Below, in pieces: positions 57,573 through 64,000 of a DNA stretch of 64,000 nt. The notes below the pieces were generated by a model. It made no database searches. It was not told the DNA's origin and saw nothing but the letters and a program-made list of their open reading frames with translations. The stretch covers positions 59,478 to 123,477 of IMG/VR virus record IMGVR_UViG_3300043177_000268; one strand, given 5' to 3'. Each line of letters opens with the position of its first letter. Within the stretch, counting starts at the first letter, position 1. The position numbers and the translations under genes were made by a program. This DNA is from a virus.

Positions 57573-57617
57573 AAAAATAACGGTGGGGACATCAGCGAGT
57601 GACATCCCCACCGTTAT
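57573..57617 (-). terminator. strong rho-independent terminator after the Ubl pair
   Basis: 18-bp stem (two G:U pairs on the minus-strand RNA) ATAACGGTGGGGATGTCA-CTCGC-TGATGTCCCCACCGTTAT followed by TTTT. Confidence 0.88.
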
Positions 57618-57632
57618 GGTGCGGCTTATAGC

Positions 57633-57818
57633 TCAACCCTTGGTTCCGGCCTTCTCGGAGAACTCCCAAGTGGTGGAGCCATCGGCATTTTGCACGCGAT
57701 TCACCTGCGCGTGCATGATGGCGGGCGCCTGCTCTGAAAGAGCAGCGCGGATTTCCCCTTCGGTGTGACCCGGAGGGAGGTGGTAAGTGACGCCCTGGAA
57801 AATAACGGTGTCCTGCAT
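57633..57818 (-). CDS. prokaryotic ubiquitin-like protein, copy B (PRTRC protein C-like)
   Basis: 61 aa ending WEFSEKAGTKG; AGGAG RBS. Confidence 0.82.
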   Translation of the reverse strand: MQDTVIFQGVTYHLPPGHTEGEIRAALSEQAPAIMHAQVNRVQNADGSTTWEFSEKAGTKG

Positions 57819-57951
57819 TGTATACTCCTACAGTGGTGTATATGTGTTTTACCCGCCTCAGCACCACAACAGAGTCGGATATTTGTGAAAATCAACCCTT
57901 GGTTCCGGCCTTCTCGGAGAACTCCCAAGTGGTGGAGCCATCGGCATTTTG
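57633..57951. repeat. 60-nt exact direct repeat (57633-57692 = 57892-57951)
   Basis: Base-by-base comparison of the 3' ends of the two Ubl genes. Confidence 0.95.
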
Positions 57952-58074
57952 AAACTTATTTAGAGTTGCATGCAGAATAGCGGGGGCTTGTTCTGAGAGG
58001 GCTGCGCGAATCTCGCCTTCCGTGTGACCGGCGGGAAGATTATACGTAACCCCTTGAAATAGTACTGTATCCAT
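57892..58074 (-). CDS. prokaryotic ubiquitin-like protein, copy A
   Basis: 60 aa from ATG 58074 with the same C-terminus, WEFSEKAGTKG. Confidence 0.82.
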   Translation of the reverse strand: MDTVLFQGVTYNLPAGHTEGEIRAALSEQAPAILHATLNKFQNADGSTTWEFSEKAGTKG

Positions 58075-58079
58075 GTGCT

Positions 58080-58301
58080 TCAATCCTTGTCTTTAAGTTG
58101 TTTCCTGGAGCGCTTGAGGACAACAATGTCCAGCTCCTCGGGGTCACCATCTTCGACGGGAACCTCCACTACCGAGACACGCTTCTTGCTGACGCGCGCC
58201 TTCTCGCCCGAGAAAAGGGTGCCGAGCTTTCTTGAAGCTAGAACACCTACGGCTGCGCCACCGGCAGCAGCTACACCAAGTAATTTCAATAATCCGGTCA
58301 T
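58080..58301 (-). CDS. small membrane-anchored protein
   Basis: LLKLLGVAAAGGAAVGVLA; AGGAG RBS. Confidence 0.6.
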   Translation of the reverse strand: MTGLLKLLGVAAAGGAAVGVLASRKLGTLFSGEKARVSKKRVSVVEVPVEDGDPEELDIVVLKRSRKQLKDKD

Positions 58302-58391
58302 ATGTTCTCCTTATTTACTGTAACCATGCGTGTTGCTGTCACCGTTAGCGACTACTGCTACGCGGACGGCGGCCACATTGGACGCCTGCCT

Positions 58392-58751
58392 TTAATCCTC
58401 TGCTGGCGTCTCTAACTCCTCGACTTCACCGGCATTTAGCACAGTTAGCTGTACGAAAGCATGTGTAAGTTTTGAAAGTGCCTCATTTAACTTATTAGAT
58501 GGCGGTATGTCCCTAAACAGAATGCTTAGGACAGCCTTGACTACTGACATTTGAACATCTATCTCATCTCTGTGTTGGGATGGATTGAGGCGCAGCTTCC
58601 ATGTGGCTGGCGCCTCTGCTTCCACACAATCAGAGATTTTAGACAAATCCGTAATTTCTACTTGAATCTTGTAGTACGGATCTACATGGAGGATGTTTGT
58701 GTACTCCTCTATGAGGGCTTCAGCTAGGGAAAGTATATCAGCTTCCTTCAT
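58392..58751 (-). CDS. hypothetical protein
   Basis: Co-oriented ORF. Confidence 0.55.
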   Translation of the reverse strand: MKEADILSLAEALIEEYTNILHVDPYYKIQVEITDLSKISDCVEAEAPATWKLRLNPSQHRDEIDVQMSVVKAVLSILFRDIPPSNKLNEALSKLTHAFVQLTVLNAGEVEELETPAED

Positions 58752-58965
58752 GAGTCGGTGCCCTAAGTGCTGCCAGAAGGATATGATACATCCTCAGTGC
58801 AAGGTCTTGCCTCTCTGCATCTGACTGGCCGATTGTCCCAGTTTGAACCACGGTTTTATTGCCGGCGGCATCAGTCAACGCAGATTCAAATGTAGAGGTA
58901 TCGAGATCCATAAAGTACTCGATACTCTTTTCTTCTGATTTTAGGGTAACAAGCACTTTTCTCAT
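58738..58965 (-). CDS. hypothetical protein
   Basis: Co-oriented ORF. Confidence 0.55.
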   Translation of the reverse strand: MRKVLVTLKSEEKSIEYFMDLDTSTFESALTDAAGNKTVVQTGTIGQSDAERQDLALRMYHILLAALRAPTHEGS

Positions 58966-58967
58966 AA

Positions 58968-59183
58968 TTACTCTGACTTGTTTTCAATGTTGAGCGCCTG
59001 CTCAACCTTCTTCAGTCGAGCATCCAGCGAATTTACTGCATTGACAGTCTTTCCGACAAATTTAATCAGAAGCTGCACGCCAGCATTTTTAGCCGCAAAG
59101 CCCGGCAGGTGGTCCTTAATCATAGCCTTGACTTCTTCCATATCAATCAACATATCTACTCCGACTTTAGGGTTCAAGTGCAA
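58968..59183 (-). CDS. hypothetical protein
   Basis: Co-oriented ORF with a C-terminal coiled coil. Confidence 0.5.
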   Translation of the reverse strand: MHLNPKVGVDMLIDMEEVKAMIKDHLPGFAAKNAGVQLLIKFVGKTVNAVNSLDARLKKVEQALNIENKSE

Positions 59184-59532
59184 TTTGTGTTTTGCAAGAT
59201 GGGCACTTGTCTATCTTGCCATTGAGATCGAAGAATTTCTGCGAACACTTTACGCATGTGTGCTTGTGTCCGTACCTGGTCGGCGGGCCGCAGATCGCAG
59301 ACTTGGCAGATGTATGATCTGCCGGCGTTGGCAGGCGCACCTTATCGCTCAGTTCTCCGGCTGTGGCCAGATAGCATAAGATCTGTAGTGCTGCCACTGT
59401 GCCGTCCTCGACCTCTAACTGCTCCATCCTGTAAAGGAGGGGGCGGGAGTAGCGCGAGTCTGAAATCACAGCGACGACTTTTTCGTCGTGGAAAAGGAAC
59501 CTTCCATCAACCAAAGAAAATTTAGACTGCAT
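59167..59532 (-). CDS. protein with FYDLN-type (TIGR02300-like) zinc ribbon
   Basis: YGHKHTCVKCSQKFFDLNGKIDKCPSC. Confidence 0.7.
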   Translation of the reverse strand: MQSKFSLVDGRFLFHDEKVVAVISDSRYSRPLLYRMEQLEVEDGTVAALQILCYLATAGELSDKVRLPTPADHTSAKSAICGPPTRYGHKHTCVKCSQKFFDLNGKIDKCPSCKTQIALEP

Positions 59533-59543
59533 AACTGCTTTCT

Positions 59544-61406
59544 TTATTTAGAGTTAGAGGTGACCTGTGCTTCGAGGCGCTCGACCTCTTCGGCATCAGC
59601 TGTGAGCTCTGCGATCTCCTCTGCGGAGATCCCCTGTAGCTTATCAAGCAGCATTGGAGCCACAAAGCTAACTATGTCCACTGCATCGCGGCCCAGTGTT
59701 TCGCCAGCCACGTACCGGGCTAGCCCACCATAGCCTTCACGGCGCTCTTCAGTGAACCCGACTTTGGATGCCGCCCCATCAGGCAGTCTCTCTGCCAATT
59801 CGGCGGTACCAAGCAGCAGTGCGAGCTGCACAATGCGTTGTACCACAACATTGTCAGTAGGCGAGGCTGCCTCGACTATCTTCTCTGCCACCTTTTGCGA
59901 GCCAACTCGCAAAACTGCCTTCTGCAGACCAAGTTTAGCACCAGAAGTTACCTGCTTCATACGAGAGTCGGAAGTCGTCGCAGGCGCCTCCCCATGCTTA
60001 GTTGTTTTTGTATCCATCGCTGCTCCTCTGAGATTAATTCCTTCTTTCACTTCAGCCGAGCGCTTCGCTACGCGCTTCAAAGCCTCTTCGAACTTGTTTT
60101 GACGTTGCTCTTGCTTCACTTTCAGGTCTGTGTATGTGGGCATTGCTGTTCCTGCTAAGTTAATTAATTGTCCGGCATCTATTTCACTAGAAGATGGTCC
60201 TATGACCATACTGCCATTCTCAAACCAATATTTGAGAGTCTCTCCGTGTGGAAGAAAATCTATTATCGCCGGGCCATCATGTCTATGATAGAGCCCCGCA
60301 GAGTTAATGAATGTGATGCTTTTAGAATCAGTATCGTACCTAGTATGCTCAGCTCTATTTACCTGCAGGCCGTGTAAGAAATACGCCTCATACGTTGAGG
60401 CATGTGGCGTGGTTGCGGGTAATTTTACTGCTGGTCCCAAAACATTGTGTAAATTGCCAGTCTCGTCACGATGAATCTCTACTGAGGGGAAGCGTGAAAG
60501 TGCTGAAGTGTGATGCTTTGATGTGTCAAAGCCAAAATCTGTTACCGCAGAGTATGTCTGTCCGCCGGGAACTTTGATTTTAAAGGCTAAGCAGTGTGTG
60601 TTTTTTGAGTACGAGAGAATGGCCTTTGACCCGTCCGGGCGCTCATAGATTGCCTTTGTTGCTTCAGGATAGGCATTTACCTTCCAGGTTCCGCGATCTA
60701 ATTGAAGATACGAATACAGTGGGGCTATTGCATGCCCTATATTCTCGTAAGCAAAGACTTTATACCCTGGCAGACGAGTGCCTACTAGGTCCAGCAGAAG
60801 ATCGTCTACATTTGTTTCACCCTGCGATGCTGAGAGCAGGGCGATTGTTCCATCTACCCCTCTGACTACAGCTAAATTATCTAACTTTGCCGTAGTAAAG
60901 GAGGAGTCACCACGCACACCCCACGAATGCGAGGATTTGGGGCTGCGCTCAATGAAGTCGGTAAGGGATACTTCCTGACCTTCAAGAAAGTAGCGTTTGC
61001 CCAGCGGCTCAATTATAGCGGGGCCGGCTTCGTTGTGAAGGGCTCCGTTCTTGTAGAATTCTACAGTTGAGCCGTAGCGCTTGGCTGCTCCAAGAGCACA
61101 ATGAAGAAGATTTCTGAAAGTGAATTCGAAGTCACCATTGTCATACTTGTGATAGGCAAATCGTTCTTTGCCGAGATCAATCGAATACGAGATTCGTCGA
61201 GAGCCGCCGGCTTTGGTCTTGTTGTAAATGACTTTCCGAGAGGATAGGCATTCGAAAGCTAGGGGCAGATGCTCGTATGGTATCTCTTCGCCATCTAACA
61301 TCAATGTGTTGTGCTGACCTAGCGAAATTCGCTCAGTCCTGCGCGATATGTTTGGCGCAGACTCTTTGATGGCTCTAAGCTTAGAAACCCAATCTTCTGT
61401 CATCAC
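59544..61406 (-). CDS. hypothetical protein with three LHxxxGPA-type repeats
   Basis: LHNEAGPAII, LHNVLGPAVK, YHRHDGPAII; helical C-terminal domain. Confidence 0.7.
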   Translation of the reverse strand: MMTEDWVSKLRAIKESAPNISRRTERISLGQHNTLMLDGEEIPYEHLPLAFECLSSRKVIYNKTKAGGSRRISYSIDLGKERFAYHKYDNGDFEFTFRNLLHCALGAAKRYGSTVEFYKNGALHNEAGPAIIEPLGKRYFLEGQEVSLTDFIERSPKSSHSWGVRGDSSFTTAKLDNLAVVRGVDGTIALLSASQGETNVDDLLLDLVGTRLPGYKVFAYENIGHAIAPLYSYLQLDRGTWKVNAYPEATKAIYERPDGSKAILSYSKNTHCLAFKIKVPGGQTYSAVTDFGFDTSKHHTSALSRFPSVEIHRDETGNLHNVLGPAVKLPATTPHASTYEAYFLHGLQVNRAEHTRYDTDSKSITFINSAGLYHRHDGPAIIDFLPHGETLKYWFENGSMVIGPSSSEIDAGQLINLAGTAMPTYTDLKVKQEQRQNKFEEALKRVAKRSAEVKEGINLRGAAMDTKTTKHGEAPATTSDSRMKQVTSGAKLGLQKAVLRVGSQKVAEKIVEAASPTDNVVVQRIVQLALLLGTAELAERLPDGAASKVGFTEERREGYGGLARYVAGETLGRDAVDIVSFVAPMLLDKLQGISAEEIAELTADAEEVERLEAQVTSNSK

Positions 61407-61407
61407 T

Positions 61408-61455
61408 CACCCACACTCTATACATGTATATGTATACATTGTAAGAATGTGGGTG
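61408..61455. promoter_or_regulatory. imperfect inverted repeat overlapping the RBS of 59544..61406
   Basis: CACCCACACTCT...AGAATGTGGGTG (11/12 match) enclosing TACATGTAT/ATACA palindromes. Confidence 0.5.
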
Positions 61456-61460
61456 TTTGG

Positions 61461-61784
61461 TTAGCCGTACATTGTCTCTATGCCGCTCTCCACTGCCCTA
61501 CGAGCAGTAGATGGGTTAAATGCCATCTTTGGCCTGCCACCCTTGGGAGCTCCGTTTGGATGTTGCTCCGTCGCCAGTCCACGATTTAGGACCTTAGCGA
61601 TTGGCCAAACTGAGGCTTTATCTAGAATTTGAAGAACGGCCTCTCTCGGAATCTTAAATTCCTCTGCTAGCTGCTCGGCAGTGACATATGCGTCCTCGGG
61701 CATGCCGGCATCCAATACGTCAGGAATTGACTTTGTTCTGGTTTTCGCTGTTATTTGTGTCGCTAGCCTCGCTGTGAATTGCAT
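61461..61784 (-). CDS. HTH DNA-binding protein
   Basis: VTAEQLAEEFKIPREAVLQIL; GGRP. Start moved to ATG 61784. Confidence 0.6.
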   Translation of the reverse strand: MQFTARLATQITAKTRTKSIPDVLDAGMPEDAYVTAEQLAEEFKIPREAVLQILDKASVWPIAKVLNRGLATEQHPNGAPKGGRPKMAFNPSTARRAVESGIETMYG

Positions 61785-61893
61785 CTCTCTTTCTCCTAAA
61801 CTTCTTGTATGCAAGAAGGCCGGTGATTACAAGAAATCCGCCTGGCAGCAGAATAGCCGCAGAGCCAAGGAGGATTTTTTTGAATTTGGTCAT
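61720..61893 (-). CDS. small membrane protein (57 aa)
   Basis: Below the track cutoff. MTKFKKILLGSAAILLPGGFLVITGLLAYKKFRRKR...; ATG overlaps the upstream stop. Confidence 0.5.
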   Translation of the reverse strand: MTKFKKILLGSAAILLPGGFLVITGLLAYKKFRRKRDAIHSEASDTNNSENQNKVNS

Positions 61894-62735
61894 ATGTCGA
61901 ACTCCCCGTCTATATCAGCCTGTCCCAACCTCAGTTTCTTTAGCCTGAGTGGCATGCCGCCCAAAACATTATTGAAGTATCTAGAAATCTTCCTATTTAG
62001 GGTGAAGTAGCCTTTTTCTGGAGAAAGAAGCTTCTTGCTGCACAACTGCACTGCCCTAGCTGGCTCCTGAGCGACTAGGTCACGGAGTATTTGTCCAATG
62101 GCCTCTGTGCGACCTTCTCGTATATCAAAAATGAAGAAGTCCCTAGCGTCTTTGGCATGCAAATCTCGCACAATCGGCATATCGCCATAGTCATGCAGCA
62201 ATTGCTTGTAGAATTTGAGCGTAGCAAGTATGAAGAGGTAGTTTACCTGATCTCTCGCCACAGACACATTGCGCCTCTTCCTATTACAGTCTGCTTCAAG
62301 GAGGCCGACTAGATCGGATAGTCGGATTATCTCCTCCTCAGAAATGAGCAGTGAGTGGGGGGTTGGGTAGCTGGCTTTAGATAGTTCCTGATCTGGATCT
62401 TCAATCTGAACAAATCTCTTGCGTTTATTGAAGGCTTGAATGAGGTCATGCTTGAACGCAGTTTTTAGGTACGACTTGAGTGATTTTTGAAAAGCCTCAT
62501 TTTGCTCAAGCGTTGGAGATTCGGGTAGTACTTCTACCGTACCATCATCTCTATGGATTTCGCGTTGTAACTTACCAAGGTTAAATGCTGAAACAATGTC
62601 AGCGAACCTGGCGTACCAAGACCTAGCCTCTCCAGCCGGATCTGATACGCCAAGTTTGGCTGCTATTCCTGTAAGTGACGGCTCTAGTTCTGAGAAGAGC
62701 ATCTGTGCAGAATCTGTGGAGATCTCAGCCGTCAT
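61890..62735 (-). CDS. hypothetical protein with weak sigma-region-2-like segment
   Basis: FQKSLKSYLKTAFKHDLIQAFNKRKR...PTPHSLLISEEE. Confidence 0.45.
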   Translation of the reverse strand: MTAEISTDSAQMLFSELEPSLTGIAAKLGVSDPAGEARSWYARFADIVSAFNLGKLQREIHRDDGTVEVLPESPTLEQNEAFQKSLKSYLKTAFKHDLIQAFNKRKRFVQIEDPDQELSKASYPTPHSLLISEEEIIRLSDLVGLLEADCNRKRRNVSVARDQVNYLFILATLKFYKQLLHDYGDMPIVRDLHAKDARDFFIFDIREGRTEAIGQILRDLVAQEPARAVQLCSKKLLSPEKGYFTLNRKISRYFNNVLGGMPLRLKKLRLGQADIDGEFDI

Positions 62736-62738
62736 ACC

Positions 62739-64000
62739 TCAACCGAACACCCTCTTGCCGGCAACTACTATGGCTACCAAGACAAATAGTGCTGCAGCCC
62801 ACATTAGCGAGTATCCTGCACCGCCTGATGATGCCTCCTGTACAGCCGCACCTACATTGAGGATGCCGGCTCCGTATTTGAATTCATCTCCAGCATCAGT
62901 GGCAGTAGAAGTCATAAGCTTCATAACTTCCGCGCGATCCACACCTGGACCAAGAATTGAAACCAGTAGTGCTGCTGAGCCTGCAGCCATAGGCGTCGCC
63001 ATCGAAGTTCCTTGATAAGGAAACATCCCCCACTCAGATGGATTTTCTGGATTGACCGTAGACTGCCACACTCCGCCCTCTGGGCCAAAATCTCGCATAT
63101 TACCGCCGGGTGCTGCAAGGAAAACTCCTCGTTCGTCGTCAGGGTCTCTACCGTGTGAAGAATACGGCGCTAGTTTGCCATCGGGCCCAACTGAGGATAT
63201 GGCTAGGCAGCCCTCCATGCCTGCTGGGTATTCGATAACTCCCCTACCTGCATTACCTGCGGCGCAAAACACCAGAACATTTTTCTCAACGGCATATGTC
63301 AATGCATCCTGCATGACTTGACTAAAGCCACCTCCGCCCAGAGACATGTTGATTACATGCGCTCCATTATCTGCAGCAAATCTAATGCCTTCGGCAATAT
63401 CTGCAGTATCGCCCCAACCCTGATCAGACAGCACTTTAACTGGCATGATGCATGCGTTGAACGCAATCCCTACGCCGCCAAGGGTGTTGTTTGTGCTCTC
63501 TGCGATTGTTGAAGCTACGTGGGTGCCGTGACTCTGGATATCATATGGGTCTGTGGTGTCTGCCGCGAAGTCATAGCCGGCAACGAAACAGGTGTCCTTT
63601 AGATCTGGTATCTGGGGGTATTTGCTATCCGGCCCGGATACGCCAGTGTCCAAGACAGCGACTACTGCGCCTGTGCCAGTAGTCTTTCGCCATGCAAGGG
63701 GCAGTCCAATCATATCGAAATGCCACGCTTGCTTTGCGAGAAATGGATCATTAGGCACATCAAAATCGGCGCCGTCGGAAAGGGCGCGATAGACTTGTGA
63801 AACTTCAACACTCTGAATGTCGGAATCTCCCCTAATTTCCTCTATAATTTCTGCCACTTTTGAAGAATCAACCACGGCGGTGGTGATCTTCGTTGATGGG
63901 AACATAAGCGAGTTAGGGAGTAGATCTGTGTCAATCTCCTCCTCTGTCTCTGCGATATCGACTCTGGTGGCGTCATCTTTGAAGTCTACAATGAGCTTGA
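62739..64000 (-). CDS. S8 subtilisin-family serine protease with C-terminal TM helix (5' end beyond the window)
   Basis: Triad VLDTG, HGTHVA, GTSMATP. The frame stays open to the window edge (KLIVDFKDD... propeptide). C-terminal LMWAAALFVLVAIVVA. Confidence 0.93.
   Translation of the reverse strand, partial: KLIVDFKDDATRVDIAETEEEIDTDLLPNSLMFPSTKITTAVVDSSKVAEIIEEIRGDSDIQSVEVSQVYRALSDGADFDVPNDPFLAKQAWHFDMIGLPLAWRKTTGTGAVVAVLDTGVSGPDSKYPQIPDLKDTCFVAGYDFAADTTDPYDIQSHGTHVASTIAESTNNTLGGVGIAFNACIMPVKVLSDQGWGDTADIAEGIRFAADNGAHVINMSLGGGGFSQVMQDALTYAVEKNVLVFCAAGNAGRGVIEYPAGMEGCLAISSVGPDGKLAPYSSHGRDPDDERGVFLAAPGGNMRDFGPEGGVWQSTVNPENPSEWGMFPYQGTSMATPMAAGSAALLVSILGPGVDRAEVMKLMTSTATDAGDEFKYGAGILNVGAAVQEASSGGAGYSLMWAAALFVLVAIVVAGKRVFG

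Noticed and set aside
57633-58074. Diversity-generating retroelement TR/VR pair
   Set aside because: The differences are synonymous third-position changes of all base types, not adenine-specific, and no reverse transcriptase is present.
58302-58391. Possible tRNA/ncRNA in a GC-rich intergenic gap (also 46491-46600)
   Set aside because: No cloverleaf, T-loop GTTCRA or convincing conserved stem was found by eye.
1766-63792. Plus-strand ORFs in the track, including the LCYCVIVL-repeat ORFs at 1992..2429 and 2173..2382
   Set aside because: They are antisense shadows of well-supported minus-strand genes, or translations of the tandem repeat, with no motifs or RBS.

Overview
This window looks like part of a very large (jumbo/huge) bacteriophage genome. 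This is an inference: nearly every credible gene lies on the minus strand and is tightly packed, there is a T4 gp32-like SSB, many genes are unknown, and host-type genes appear outside their usual bacterial operons. In coordinate order it contains: (i) replication/recombination genes (RuvC, gp32-like SSB preceded by an (AATAACAC)x10 leader, DnaE, SbcCD, a stand-alone primase zinc finger, and a PD-(D/E)XK nuclease carrying a class-3-type intein that starts with Gly); (ii) a translation and protein-folding set (J-domain protein, trigger factor, ClpP, ribosomal protein bS21, GroEL, peptide deformylase) with Fe-S genes (IscS, two IscA); (iii) a ~14 kb nucleotide-sugar/glycosyltransferase cluster including one broken GT4 gene; (iv) Dam-like methyltransferase, AAA ATPase, DinG-like helicase and dUTPase; (v) a complete prokaryotic ubiquitin-like module (ThiF/E1, JAB protease, E2 family D, and two tandem Ubls ending in GTKG), the best candidate for an undescribed system; (vi) unknown genes and a membrane-anchored subtilase cut by the window edge. 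No tRNA, rRNA or CRISPR array was seen. All calls come from reading motifs by eye; no database searches were run.
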